In this document: one piece after another, positions 42,377-52,495 of the stretch | Numbering within the stretch: position 1 is the stretch's first letter | How the letters are laid out: the number at the start of each line of letters is the position of its first letter | Virus record (IMG/VR): IMGVR_UViG_2778261352_000001 | Location: 1,199 to 65,198 of that record | DNA from: a virus | Lineage: Duplodnaviria > Heunggongvirae > Uroviricota > Caudoviricetes | DNA: 64,000 bases | Strand: one strand, 5' to 3' | The notes under the pieces: model-generated | The model's input: the letters and a program-made list of their open reading frames with translations, nothing else | Told to the model about the DNA's origin: nothing | Database searches by the model: none | Program-made: the position numbers and the translations under genes

Positions 42377-42959
42377 GCGTATGCCCCGGCTTAATGTTTA
42401 ATGCCGCCTCAAGGTGACACCTTTCCAAGCCACTTTTCTCGGCTTGTTTATGATGATCTGGCGTAATAACGTCGCCCAAAACTCGGCTAATTCTTTCTCG
42501 TAATTGCTGGGTGCCAGCACACTTGATCGCTGTATCGTGGAGACGGTTAACCAGTTCGCGATAAACATGCGGCTTAATGCGGATACGTTCACCGGTGACG
42601 CCCTTTCCTGGCGCTGGCACCGAACTATCCGGAATATCCGGATAGTTGCCAGCCTCGTAAGCTACCCGCAGCCAGTGCATGAATGTTTCAGTGGACACAC
42701 AACCACAGTCCACATCGATTTTTCCGCGTTGCTGTTCCAGCCACTGCTCAAAATTCAATCTACACGTATTACTTTCATGTTGCTCTTTTTGTCTCAAGGC
42801 CAGTACCTGTTGGGCCAGTTCCAGAACGATACCGGGTGACGCTAACCTCTCAAATTCCAATAAATAGTTTGTGTCAGGATGACAAGTAGCCTCGCCTGCA
42901 AAAAATACCAATTGCTGTAAGTATGCTGTCGTTAGAGTAGTCATTTCTTTTTGCGCCAT
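42279..42959 (-). CDS. hypothetical protein
   Basis: 226 aa. Confidence 0.4.
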   Translation of the reverse strand: MAQKEMTTLTTAYLQQLVFFAGEATCHPDTNYLLEFERLASPGIVLELAQQVLALRQKEQHESNTCRLNFEQWLEQQRGKIDVDCGCVSTETFMHWLRVAYEAGNYPDIPDSSVPAPGKGVTGERIRIKPHVYRELVNRLHDTAIKCAGTQQLRERISRVLGDVITPDHHKQAEKSGLERCHLEAALNIKPGHTLGIIDALLVHKMARALLPLVAEKHEADHANES

Positions 42960-43315
42960 TTCTTTTCACATTCCTTAGTCCATTTTTCAATGTTCATTTT
43001 GGCAATATCAGTCATTCCGTCACCCAAGAAATACTTTTTCCGGTATGTCTTGCACTTAAACCACACTACAACAGCCACCAGCCAGAAAATAAAAGGCCAT
43101 ACAGCAATACCAACGACAGCCGCGATAAAGCCCAATATCCATAAATGAAGCTCTCCAACTTCTGTTTCCGGCAATATTCTTAAAGAATTAAACAGCAGGC
43201 TGAACGAATGGTCGTATGCATTGGCAGTATAAGACATGCAATCCATATAATTAAAGTCATAGCCTGCGGCTGCCGCCCATAATGGGCGGTCAAGAAAATG
43301 TTTTAGTGTCATCAT
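42941..43315 (-). CDS. hypothetical membrane protein
   Basis: 124 aa, two hydrophobic helices, Lys-rich C-terminus. Confidence 0.4.
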   Translation of the reverse strand: MMTLKHFLDRPLWAAAAGYDFNYMDCMSYTANAYDHSFSLLFNSLRILPETEVGELHLWILGFIAAVVGIAVWPFIFWLVAVVVWFKCKTYRKKYFLGDGMTDIAKMNIEKWTKECEKKWRKKK

Positions 43316-43321
43316 ATAAAT

Positions 43322-43711
43322 TTAAGGTTCAGACCAGTTATCTTCAATAGCAATGCTTAATCTTTGTAGCCATTCTGCTAATTTCAGCATTGCTTCTCTT
43401 TCGCTTAAACCACGAGGAAAATCATCAAGCGAAATTGTTGGCTTGAAGCCCCCGTAATTATCCATTTCAACAGTCAGATTTTGCTCCAGCACGGTATTCC
43501 TTACGCGGCTATTGTGCCGAAGCAAATATACTGAACGTGATTTATTGGTTTTATGGTCAAACTGATATTCGGTAAGTATCATCTGGCTTTTGCCATGACT
43601 ATTACCTCTCCACATACTTACCTCACTTAATAAAACAACTCCATACGTAGTTGATGATTTTTTCCCACGTAATATAAATCTGCACTCCGGCAGTAAAACC
43701 AAAGCCAACAA
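43322..43711 (-). CDS. hypothetical protein
   Basis: 129 aa. Confidence 0.35.
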   Translation of the reverse strand: MLALVLLPECRFILRGKKSSTTYGVVLLSEVSMWRGNSHGKSQMILTEYQFDHKTNKSRSVYLLRHNSRVRNTVLEQNLTVEMDNYGGFKPTISLDDFPRGLSEREAMLKLAEWLQRLSIAIEDNWSEP

Positions 43712-43793
43712 TTGCTGAAAAAATCAAAACATTTACTTTTGACATTATAAATTTTCTCTCGGTGTCGTAGGTGATAGCACCATAATTGATAAT

Positions 43794-44045
43794 TTAGTGA
43801 GTTAGCAGCTCCATTTTTTGGATGATTTCCGCATGAGCATCATCGTTATCAACACTTAACTCGTTTAATGCCTCTCGCACCACATCAACTTCTTCTGGTT
43901 GGAAGAAATCATCTCGGTAGTCACCAAATAGAACCGAAACAAGCCTGCCACCAGCAACATCAAGATTGGCGCTAACAGGTGGCTCTTTACCATCCTCAAA
44001 TTCGACTACAAAAGTTATTTTTCCCATCGTTACCACCAGCGACAA
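43794..44045 (-). CDS. hypothetical protein
   Basis: 83 aa. Confidence 0.35.
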   Translation of the reverse strand: MSLVVTMGKITFVVEFEDGKEPPVSANLDVAGGRLVSVLFGDYRDDFFQPEEVDVVREALNELSVDNDDAHAEIIQKMELLTH

Positions 44046-44109
44046 ATTGAATACAAACCCAGTGCTGCCGCCATCACAATTCCTACCGTGGTGAATGCTT
44101 CAGGCCAGC

Positions 44110-45381
44110 TCATTGATTCACCTCCTGCGGCGGTTCTGGTAGCGGCATCCAGTGTGACGGTTTCCACGACGCACCAGGAATTATCCACCCATCATTAGCG
44201 TCAGGATGCCCCGGGATGTAAGTAGCCCATTTCATTCGCCAGTCACCTTTCCTGTCAAACTCCACGGCAACAAGAACGGCTGTTTTGGTATTCGGCATTC
44301 GCTCACTACAGCTTATCCAACCATCCGGAGTTACCGGAGAGTTGCCAGCTAGTCTACGCAAAACAGCCTTAACAGCCTCAATACGGTCATCATCGCAACT
44401 TTCCAGCGTATCTATGCGATCGAGCATGATGATGGCGTTATCAATATCAGGATTGCCGGTCCACTCATTACCGCGATTGGATTCGGCAGCCTGGTTGCCA
44501 GATGCTGGTTGATTGTCGGCATGGCTATAGCTAACAGCACGGCAGGCATCCTCAACGCCTTTAACTGCATCTGCGCAGTAGTTATAGCGATTGCATTCCA
44601 CTAATTTCCGTTTGAGTTTTTCAATTGCCTGCGCGACATCAGCCTGTATTACCGGAACTGGCGGAACGGCTGTTTGCTCTCGAACGTCATTAGTCGCTAT
44701 CGGTTCTGCTGCCAACTGACTGGCATATTTGTTAATGGTAACGATAAGCTCTTGCTCAGCCTCATCCAGACAATCATCGATACCTCGCCTGTCACCGTCA
44801 AAATCATCGAAATCGGCACGAATCTTGGCAACCTTCAGGATTGCGGACAACACCTCACTAGGAATTACCGGATAGTTGGTTGACGTTTCCGCGATTTCCC
44901 GAAAATTATTGGTTGACGAATTCTTGTTTTCCCGAAAGTTTCCGGACTGAAGCATGGCGTCGCTCCGCTCTATACCATCCAGCGCGATTCGCAGTGCCTG
45001 AATTGTGGTAGAGCTATCGTTTGGGGCTATTCCATATCGCTCGAATACAGCTAAATGGTTGCGCATAATCTCAGGCGTAAGCTCTTTGTAAGCATAAGCA
45101 AGAGGCTCTGATGCATTATCCGGCACAACCGACGCAGGCGCGGCAGCATAAACAGGAATAACGTCCGCTTGCTCTTTATTGCTTTCATCCGTTAAAGCCC
45201 AGAATAATTTCCCGGCCGGATGTTTGAAAATATAAGCAACTGGTTCTGCTTCCAGTGATGCCAGCGCAATTTTGTATACTTCCAGATCCATTTGTGCAGT
45301 TACTAAATCAGGATAACGATCCATAACCGTTATATTGCGCTTAATCATCTCTATTAATTGTTCTTTAGTAAAAGTGGTCAT
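44110..45381 (-). CDS. phage protein with DUF551-like C-terminal domain
   Basis: C-terminal ..SHWMPLPEPP motif; N-terminus paralogous to 45814..46200. Confidence 0.5.
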   Translation of the reverse strand: MTTFTKEQLIEMIKRNITVMDRYPDLVTAQMDLEVYKIALASLEAEPVAYIFKHPAGKLFWALTDESNKEQADVIPVYAAAPASVVPDNASEPLAYAYKELTPEIMRNHLAVFERYGIAPNDSSTTIQALRIALDGIERSDAMLQSGNFRENKNSSTNNFREIAETSTNYPVIPSEVLSAILKVAKIRADFDDFDGDRRGIDDCLDEAEQELIVTINKYASQLAAEPIATNDVREQTAVPPVPVIQADVAQAIEKLKRKLVECNRYNYCADAVKGVEDACRAVSYSHADNQPASGNQAAESNRGNEWTGNPDIDNAIIMLDRIDTLESCDDDRIEAVKAVLRRLAGNSPVTPDGWISCSERMPNTKTAVLVAVEFDRKGDWRMKWATYIPGHPDANDGWIIPGASWKPSHWMPLPEPPQEVNQ

Positions 45382-45391
45382 TCGTTATGCC

Positions 45392-45631
45392 TCAATACAC
45401 AAAATCTGTTTTAAATTCATGGTTACATTCTGGACAGCATGTTTCGTAACCTTTTATTTCTTCACATGCCTGTTTTGCTCCAGAAAATTCCCAGAAATCT
45501 GGATCACAAAGCAGATCGAAATTGTGACCGCATTTTGGACATTCGGTATCAAGTGACAGATTCCAGTAAGCAGTGGTGTTTTTATCCATATCAGTCTCCT
45601 TTACCCGCTGCTTTCTCCTGCTCTTTAGCAA
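45392..45631 (-). CDS. zinc-ribbon small protein
   Basis: CPKCG..CCPEC. Confidence 0.4.
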   Translation of the reverse strand: MLKSRRKQRVKETDMDKNTTAYWNLSLDTECPKCGHNFDLLCDPDFWEFSGAKQACEEIKGYETCCPECNHEFKTDFVY

Positions 45632-45854
45632 GCCGCTCCGCTTCTCTGAAATCCCAATCCACTCGATGTGCTATATCAATTGCAGAACGCACGGTCCGTT
45701 CAATTAGCGTGTCCAGATTATCAATTGTCATTGCCATATCTGGATTGCGAGATAAAATCTCCGCCCTCTGAATCTGCCAGTTGTTGCAGGTTTCAAGTAA
45801 TGAGTTAGCCATATCACTTTCCTTTCCCATGAAGCATAGCCGCGCGGCAGGCAT
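45591..45854 (-). CDS. hypothetical protein
   Basis: 87 aa. Confidence 0.3.
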   Translation of the reverse strand: MPAARLCFMGKESDMANSLLETCNNWQIQRAEILSRNPDMAMTIDNLDTLIERTVRSAIDIAHRVDWDFREAERLAKEQEKAAGKGD

Positions 45855-46200
45855 TCCAGCCTCTTACCTCTGCAATAGCGGCAACAGCATCAACCGCGTA
45901 CATGCTAAGAGGATTAGGCATTGGTTTTTCTTCCGGTACTACTGGAACGGGGGGAGCGGCGTAGACCTCAATAATTCCATTATCAATAGGCCACTCCCCA
46001 TCCTTGATGTAGTCACTTGTGCCGTCAACTTGCTGTTCTGCAATGTGGAATGCACCTATTGGTTTTGCTTCCAGCGATGCCAGAGCAATTCGTGCCAGTT
46101 CTTCCGCTTCTTCTGCTGGCAGTACAACGTTGCTACCAGGTCCGTATGTTTCGCGCCACTGCTGGATTGTCAGCAGGCGTTCTTTGGTAATAGTGATCAT
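45814..46200 (-). CDS. hypothetical protein (N-terminal paralog of the DUF551 protein)
   Basis: ALASLEA motif shared with 44110..45381. Confidence 0.4.
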   Translation of the reverse strand: MITITKERLLTIQQWRETYGPGSNVVLPAEEAEELARIALASLEAKPIGAFHIAEQQVDGTSDYIKDGEWPIDNGIIEVYAAPPVPVVPEEKPMPNPLSMYAVDAVAAIAEVRGWNACRAAMLHGKGK

Positions 46201-46325
46201 GCTGCGTTTCCTTCTTTCTTATTAACAATTACACCGTCATATATTTCATTAAGGTGCCCTCTCAACTCCATGCGCCTTAATGCAGATAACATGTAATCGC
46301 ATTCAACCTGCTTATTTCCAGTAAA

Positions 46326-46398
46326 TGGCTTATCGTCAGGATTAACGGACTCGAACCGCTGACATCCTGCTTACAAGGCAGGCGCTCTACCAACTGAG
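46326..46398 (-). tRNA. tRNA-Thr-like (anticodon UGU), acceptor stem not pairing
   Basis: D arm GCTCAGTTGGTAGAGC, anticodon arm CCTGC-CTTGTAA-GCAGG, T arm AGCGG-TTCGAGT-CCGTT; 5' GCCGGTT does not pair with 3' AATCCTG. Confidence 0.45.
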
Positions 46399-46400
46399 CT

Positions 46401-46476
46401 AAACCGGCATTGGCGATGGTGGATGGATTTGAACCATCGACCCGTTGATTAACAGTCAACCGCTCTAACCACTGAG
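46401..46476 (-). tRNA. tRNA-Asn (anticodon GUU)
   Basis: Manual cloverleaf: acceptor GATGGTG/CACCATC, anticodon loop CTGTTAA, T loop TTCAAAT, encoded CCA. Confidence 0.85.
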
Positions 46477-47154
46477 CTACACCATCACTTGCCGGGTACG
46501 TCTCCGGCGAGGGCTTCCACCTCCGTATGCTTTTCGGCGCACCGCGCCCTGACTGCAATTCGGTAACAGGGGATGCATAACCCTGGCTTCCAGCGTGATT
46601 AGCGCCTTCAGCATGACGGGATATACCCGTAAATTCGTGGAACTGTACCCAAAGTGCTGTTAAGCACCGCTGTTACGCTGAAAAGAAGACGCAACAGGAA
46701 AGGACGCTGACCAACAGATGGCCCCTTCTCGTTCATCTGGTTAATCACACCAGCGCCCTTACCTGTTGTGCCTCCCCGTTCCCTAATACACAGACGGGGA
46801 CACTCTGTGGTCGATTTTTTGACGGGGGACGACTCATACCCCGTGGCGTCTGGCTTCTTAGGCCGCTACCATCATCAGATCATCGTTTGCATTTACTTTA
46901 ATGGTCAGTTTCTAAACCGCCGCAAAGTCGCTAACCATGACGAAAACCCTGAAAAAAACGCCCACCCGAAGATGGGCAAACTGGAAGCTCGTAACGCACT
47001 TCGGTGTTGCCACTTAGGCGCATGGTCAACCTGGCAACTCGGCGTCATGAGGGGGAAGGAGTCACTACCCCGCCATACTTGCCGCCGCGCCTGTCGCGGC
47101 TAACAGCTAAATCGCTCTATAAATCACGATTCATTGAGGCGATATTACACTAAT

Positions 47155-47171
47155 AAATTTATTAGAGCAAT
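47155..47171. promoter_or_regulatory. C1 operator, exact 17/17 consensus (reverse orientation)
   Basis: AAATTTATTAGAGCAAT overlapping dmt stop codon. Confidence 0.75.
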
Positions 47172-49426
47172 ATCGCCATAACGTCATGAGCAACACCACG
47201 AGTGTCTCCCTTACAAGACACAGAACGTCTGGCAAAGAGAGGTTCCACTCTGAAGCCTCTGTCCTGATAAAGTTCTCTGATGTTTGGCGCGCCACTGTTA
47301 GTAATGAGTACCTTTGCACCTCGGCGATGAGCATCCGTCAACAGAGACACCAGGCGTTTTTGCTCTTCAAACTTAAAGTCATGACCGGAATAGTTCGTGA
47401 ATCCCTCTGTATTTGGAAGCGGTTCATACGGCGGATCACAGAAGATGACATCTCCTTCTCCGGCAGCTTCAATCACCGCAGCAAAATCACCACATACAAA
47501 CTCAGAACGCCCTTCCGCACCGAGGAAGGCTTCCATCTCCTGTAATGGGAAATACGGAGTTTTATACTTCCCATAACCGACATTGAACTCACCGGCCTGG
47601 TTGTAACGCGTCAATCCGTTAAAACAATGTCGGTTCAGGAACAAAAACGCCGCTGCGCGATGTAAATCATCATAGACTTGTTTGTTAAACGCATTCCGTA
47701 CTGCCAGGTATCCTTCCTGTGTGTTGTAGTCCTGGAAAAACCGATGCGCCAGTGTGATAAGTGAATGCGCCTCGCGTTGCAGAGTCTTGTAAAAGTTAAT
47801 CAGGTCAGCATTCACATCATTTAGCAGATTTTCCTGGTATCCGGCATTCGTGAAGACAGCTCCGCCACCGACAAAAGGTTCGATCAGGCGCTTCCCTTCT
47901 GGCAAATAGCGAAAGATTTGTTCCAGAACACCAAATTTTCCACCAGCCCATTTGAATATGGACCGTTCGAATTCTGCCGCTGGTTTAACTTTTCGCTCTT
48001 TTGTTTCACTTCCTTCTTTCTGCCGACATACGGCCTTAGTAATTCGATCGCCAATCCAGCGCATTACTGGTATTGCCATACTATTGCCGATCGCTTTGTA
48101 ACGCGGTCCGTCAGCTGCAAGCATCGCGGCCTCTTCTTCGCTTAAATCTGGATAGTGATTGTGCAGATATGCCAGTTCATCTGAATTAACTTTTTTACGC
48201 TTTTCCGTAGGGATCAACGTATGCCCATCAGGAAAACCTTGAAGTCTCTCACATTCGACAGGGGTAAGACGGCGGACAGCTACTTCTTCGTTTCTTACTT
48301 CATAGCAAACAGCAGTTGGATTTTGAGCCATTAGAGATGGTGAAGTATTCTTAGTTGCTGCATGTTGTGTACCACTCATACGCTCAGGAAAAGCCAATGT
48401 AACAAGATGCTCATGGCTTTCTTGCTCACGCGCCCGCAATGTACCATGCCCTTCTGACCAAAAACCTGCTCCAGTGCTGCTAAAAACGGCAAGGTCAGTG
48501 GCATCTTTAAAGTCTCTTGCCTTTACTGTCGATGCGGTTTCATCGTCAATATATTCCCCAAATGCCGCCATCCTGAAACCGTTTACGGCTTTCGTCGATT
48601 TCATATCGGGGGACATGCCAGCGTGTAGGCATGGATTTAGGCTTTCGCCACTGATTGCAGCGCCATTTGCAGTAATGGCGGAAGCGATTTCCTTCTTTTT
48701 TCGGCTCGGCGCAATATTCCGGCGCACGCCTTCGAACTCAAAAAGTACCGTTGCGGGATCGAGGTCTGTTCGAGCACTTGCGACAACAAACACGCGTCGG
48801 CGTCGTTGTGCCACTCCGAAGTATTGGGCATCAAGGATTCTCCAGGCCACCTTTCGCTGCGGTCCATAAATACAACCACACTGCGGCCACTTTGGAGCAT
48901 GGCAACCGGTTTTGACATCCCACCGCCAGAACGTGTTACTTTTTCGTGATTCAGGTCGATCACCAGGTTCGAATGGCGCATCTTCTCCAGCCAATCCGGC
49001 AAGGAAACATCCGAACGCGTTGTCTGCTGATGACAGGACTCCTGGGACATTTTCCCAGACGATAACTGTCGGTTTGAGGAAGGACTCAGACCGTTTGTCG
49101 TCAATTGCATTTGCAAGCTCCACATACTTCAAAGTTAGCGCGCCGCGTTCATCATCAAGCCCACCACGTAAGCCCGCGATACTGAATGCCTGACAAGGCG
49201 TACCCCCGACGAGCACATCAGGGGCTTCAATTTCTCCGGCCTGGACTTTTTGGGCGAGTTTTGTCATGTCGCCAAGGTTCGCGACATGGGGCCAGCGGTG
49301 CGCAAGAACGGCAGATGGAAAAGACTCGATTTCAGCAAACCACGCCGGACGCATACCCAACGGTTCCCAGGCAATACTCGCGGCTTCAATTCCACTGCAA
49401 ACAGATCCATAGCACAGCTCTTTCAC
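47162..49426 (-). CDS. dmt: bifunctional DNA methyltransferase (C5-cytosine plus Dam-like N6-adenine)
   Basis: 754 aa; [12 protein letters not shown] and ENV motifs N-terminal, DPPY motif C-terminal. Confidence 0.85.
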   Translation of the reverse strand: MKELCYGSVCSGIEAASIAWEPLGMRPAWFAEIESFPSAVLAHRWPHVANLGDMTKLAQKVQAGEIEAPDVLVGGTPCQAFSIAGLRGGLDDERGALTLKYVELANAIDDKRSESFLKPTVIVWENVPGVLSSADNAFGCFLAGLAGEDAPFEPGDRPESRKSNTFWRWDVKTGCHAPKWPQCGCIYGPQRKVAWRILDAQYFGVAQRRRRVFVVASARTDLDPATVLFEFEGVRRNIAPSRKKKEIASAITANGAAISGESLNPCLHAGMSPDMKSTKAVNGFRMAAFGEYIDDETASTVKARDFKDATDLAVFSSTGAGFWSEGHGTLRAREQESHEHLVTLAFPERMSGTQHAATKNTSPSLMAQNPTAVCYEVRNEEVAVRRLTPVECERLQGFPDGHTLIPTEKRKKVNSDELAYLHNHYPDLSEEEAAMLAADGPRYKAIGNSMAIPVMRWIGDRITKAVCRQKEGSETKERKVKPAAEFERSIFKWAGGKFGVLEQIFRYLPEGKRLIEPFVGGGAVFTNAGYQENLLNDVNADLINFYKTLQREAHSLITLAHRFFQDYNTQEGYLAVRNAFNKQVYDDLHRAAAFLFLNRHCFNGLTRYNQAGEFNVGYGKYKTPYFPLQEMEAFLGAEGRSEFVCGDFAAVIEAAGEGDVIFCDPPYEPLPNTEGFTNYSGHDFKFEEQKRLVSLLTDAHRRGAKVLITNSGAPNIRELYQDRGFRVEPLFARRSVSCKGDTRGVAHDVMAILL

Positions 49427-50328
49427 TGCTTAGCCTCTCCACCAAGGGCATTTACCAGAGCATCAACCAGGCACGAAATTTCACTGGTCAACAGGAAGAA
49501 ATCTGCGTCCAGTCGCTGCGCAACATCTTCACTATCAATATCAGAGTTCTGCTCAAGCAATTCATCCGCAAATTTGACGCTGGTAAGGCTGAAGTTATGG
49601 TCCAGTGTAAATTTAATGCGGTTCTGCCAGTCGAGTGCCAACTTAGTGACGAGCTTGCCAGCTTCCAGGTGTGTGGAAATTTCATCGCTTCCCAAATCCT
49701 GCTTTTTCACTCGGGCAATACCGCCATCCTCAAGCACTGCCTTAAGTTCTGCCGCATCCCCCATTTGAAATCCCTGTGGAGCACTACCATCACGTACCCA
49801 GTCGGTCAGCGTTAATTCAATGGGATTTTCAACACTCAGGGGAACAACAGGAAGAGAACCCAGAGACTTACGCATAAGCGCGAGCATATCCTCAGCCTGC
49901 CGCGCGCTGGCATTGATATAGATACGTTTAGTTGAACCGTCGTAGATCGCCTGGATAACAGAAAACTTTGAAAAAGCCCGTGGCAGAAGAGAATGCAGAA
50001 CTTCGTCTTTCAGGGAGTCCTTCTCTGTTTTCTTCAGTTTACGCGCTTGTTCTTGCTCAAGTTTTTCAATTTTTTCTTGAATAGCTCGCTGGATAACCGG
50101 CGGGGGAAGAATTTTTGTTTCGCGCTTTGCTTCAACAAGGATAAAACCATTTCCATGCATAGCGATAACTTCGGAATTATCACCAAATGGCGATACAAAA
50201 CCGAACTTGGCCATATCCTGACTACCGCATGGCGTGAAAAGGATCATTTTCTTTTTATCTTCTAAGTCGGTCAGATCCGCCTCACGAGAAAGTTTATAAA
50301 TAGTAATGTTTTTCCAGTGCTTAAACAT
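49423..50328 (-). CDS. RdgC-like recombination-associated protein
   Basis: [16 protein letters not shown].. RdgC-like N-terminus; start at internal ATG preferred over track start 50442. Confidence 0.6.
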   Translation of the reverse strand: MFKHWKNITIYKLSREADLTDLEDKKKMILFTPCGSQDMAKFGFVSPFGDNSEVIAMHGNGFILVEAKRETKILPPPVIQRAIQEKIEKLEQEQARKLKKTEKDSLKDEVLHSLLPRAFSKFSVIQAIYDGSTKRIYINASARQAEDMLALMRKSLGSLPVVPLSVENPIELTLTDWVRDGSAPQGFQMGDAAELKAVLEDGGIARVKKQDLGSDEISTHLEAGKLVTKLALDWQNRIKFTLDHNFSLTSVKFADELLEQNSDIDSEDVAQRLDADFFLLTSEISCLVDALVNALGGEAKQ

Positions 50329-50677
50329 GTTGTAACCCTTGAATATCAACCACAGAAAGCTCGTCTTTGTAGAAAAAGGCCAGGTTGTGGCACCCCCTCG
50401 TTTGAGCGTATGAGCTGGGACCAATTTCGTTCTTCCAGACAAATGGCTTCAAATCCGTACGGCGAAGCATAAAAACGCGATTTGTTCCGCTCTGATTCCC
50501 AATGAGGCAAAAGCCTTCTTTCACCTTGATAGCCTGCAAGTTGTCGAGTTCACCGCTGGTTACACGGCTATCGAACTCCTTGCGGCTTATTAGCTCCATC
50601 TGCATCTGACGACTCCAAACAAATGCCCATTGAAGGGCGATGGCTGAATGGTACCGAAAACACGACATAAAAAACAA
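50321..50677 (-). CDS. hypothetical protein, first gene of C1-controlled operon
   Basis: 118 aa, operator at its start. Confidence 0.4.
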   Translation of the reverse strand: MFFMSCFRYHSAIALQWAFVWSRQMQMELISRKEFDSRVTSGELDNLQAIKVKEGFCLIGNQSGTNRVFMLRRTDLKPFVWKNEIGPSSYAQTRGCHNLAFFYKDELSVVDIQGLQHV

Positions 50678-50693
50678 TATTTATTAGAGCAAT
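50677..50693. promoter_or_regulatory. C1 operator (16/17)
   Basis: ATATTTATTAGAGCAAT. Confidence 0.7.
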
Positions 50694-50774
50694 TTTATAA
50701 TAAGTAAACGCCATGTAGACCACAAACAACCTAAGTTAAAATAACGAAAATCAGAGCAAATCATTGGTGATAAC

Positions 50775-51059
50775 GTGGCAAGTATTGCAACAAAAGACAG
50801 CATTTGTTCGGGGCACGGAGGATTCCCATCCAGGCCTCCTGTAGAGAGTGAACCACTACTTAAAGTCAACGGAGTAGAAGTGTTAGTTGATGGTAAGCAA
50901 TATGCACAGCATACCGATGGAAACAGTACGCACGGTGGGCAAGCTATATCAACCAGGGCATGGTTTACCGTCAATGGTAAAGGGGTCGTATGCGTTGGTG
51001 ACCCTGTTTCATGCGGCTCTACCGTAGCATCAGGAGACGGCCTAGTTCAGGTAAGTTAG
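50775..51059 (+). CDS. PAAR-like spike-tip protein
   Basis: 94 aa with CSGHGG and VNGKGVVCVGDPVSCGS PAAR-type repeats. Confidence 0.5.
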   Translation: MASIATKDSICSGHGGFPSRPPVESEPLLKVNGVEVLVDGKQYAQHTDGNSTHGGQAISTRAWFTVNGKGVVCVGDPVSCGSTVASGDGLVQVS

Positions 51060-51067
51060 GAGATATC

Positions 51068-51856
51068 ATGCTGGAAAAAGACTACCAGTTATCCGCATAT
51101 AAAAAATTGGCCGCCGCCGGTGGGATGAAAACACCTGGTGCCATAACATCGGCACGAAACAGTGCTAACACGGCAAAACAGCTTGCAGAAGAATTGACCG
51201 GATTAATTTTGGATACAATTGTCTATCCCGACACTATTACCAGCTATGTTTCAACGATCAGAACAACCATAACCGGCTTAACGAACATTGGAGAACTGGC
51301 AACTAAGCACGCGGACCTGTTGGCTGGTTATGCAGATCTGTCAATGCTGCTTCAACTCGATATTGGTTGGGATGTTTACTGCCGTGCTAATGAGCGAGAA
51401 GTATCAGAACTGCCGATCTCTATTGCCATTGGTGATGTGAATATTACTAAATCGCTTGAGGACGCTGTTAACGCGCTTAATACATCAAGTTTAGTCGCTG
51501 CTATGGGGGAGATTAACCAGACCCTTAACACTGGCTCAGGAAGCTCGTCAGACTCTGGTTCAGGCGGCGGAACTGCCACTCCCCCACCAGCATTAACAGA
51601 AGAACAAATTGAATCTCTGAAAGTAGCAACTGAACAGTTTGGGGTTGTTTTCAACCACACAACAGCGCCCACAACTGCGTTACAACAGCAGTATGAACGA
51701 GCGAATGAAAGCGCCAACGTAGCCATAACTGCTTATAACCATGCTATCGGTACCGCGCTTGCTGAAGCATCAGCAAACAAGGCCAGCACAGCCAGCGCAG
51801 TCGCCGCTTTGGTTCCTGATTCTGTTCTTGATGAATTAAACAAAGCGGCACAGTAA
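51068..51856 (+). CDS. hypothetical protein
   Basis: ORF with Gly/Ser-rich central region; track start 51011. Confidence 0.4.
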   Translation: MLEKDYQLSAYKKLAAAGGMKTPGAITSARNSANTAKQLAEELTGLILDTIVYPDTITSYVSTIRTTITGLTNIGELATKHADLLAGYADLSMLLQLDIGWDVYCRANEREVSELPISIAIGDVNITKSLEDAVNALNTSSLVAAMGEINQTLNTGSGSSSDSGSGGGTATPPPALTEEQIESLKVATEQFGVVFNHTTAPTTALQQQYERANESANVAITAYNHAIGTALAEASANKASTASAVAALVPDSVLDELNKAAQ

Positions 51857-51868
51857 CAAAGGACTTCA

Positions 51869-52318
51869 TTGATAATTTTTCTTCAGGAGGAAGACATGTC
51901 ATTCTTTTCTACGTTAAAAACAGCTTTGTCTTTGAAGGAGAAACTTGCTGCTACTGGTGTTCTTGTTCTGATTTGCGCACTTGTTGGTGCTGGGTTTGCA
52001 TGGGAACGTCATCAGCTAAAGCAAGCCATGGAGAAAATTGGCAGTCTTGATCAGGCTGTTAAGGAACGTGATAAGTCAATAATGGATCTTAACCAGACCA
52101 TTGAGACGATGAACAAAGCAGATCAACATTTTCACAGCCAGGAAGTGAAAAATGAATCAGAGCAAGCCAAGTATGCTGACAGGCAAATGGAACGAAAAGC
52201 TGAAGTTCAGAAACAACTGGTTGCGGCGGGTAATGTTCGCCAGCGTATTCCTGCTGACACTCAGCGGTTGCTCCGGGAGTCGATCAGCGAATTTAACGCC
52301 GACGCCGACAAAGGTTAA
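51869..52318 (+). CDS. i-spanin-like protein (N-terminal TM plus coiled coil)
   Basis: TM segment GVLVLICALVGAGFAW then charged coiled coil. Confidence 0.4.
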   Translation: MIIFLQEEDMSFFSTLKTALSLKEKLAATGVLVLICALVGAGFAWERHQLKQAMEKIGSLDQAVKERDKSIMDLNQTIETMNKADQHFHSQEVKNESEQAKYADRQMERKAEVQKQLVAAGNVRQRIPADTQRLLRESISEFNADADKG

Positions 52319-52484
52319 TCACCCTGCCCCAAAAAGTGCATTTATGTGCAGGATGCCAGAGTTTAGCAGTGAATATTTTGATGATCTGCCAGCGTATATC
52401 CTCGATACAGAAACGATGCTGAGGGGGATTAACAGGAAGAATCGCAACGTCAATGATTACAACCGTGCTATCAGCGGTAACTAA
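52233..52484 (+). CDS. o-spanin-like lipoprotein overlapping the i-spanin gene
   Basis: MFASVFLLTLSGC lipobox, Pro-rich mature part, in alternate frame overlapping 3' end of 51869..52318. Confidence 0.4.
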   Translation: MFASVFLLTLSGCSGSRSANLTPTPTKVNHPAPKSAFMCRMPEFSSEYFDDLPAYILDTETMLRGINRKNRNVNDYNRAISGN

Positions 52485-52495
52485 AAGGAAAAACT

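Noticed and set aside
46277-46558. 93-aa minus-strand ORF covering the tRNA genes
   Set aside because: Coincides with two tRNA cloverleaves; protein-coding interpretation is implausible.
46768-47103. 111-aa plus-strand ORF upstream of dmt stop
   Set aside because: Arg/His/Cys-rich, no start context, lies in the antisense of a probable leader region; likely non-coding.
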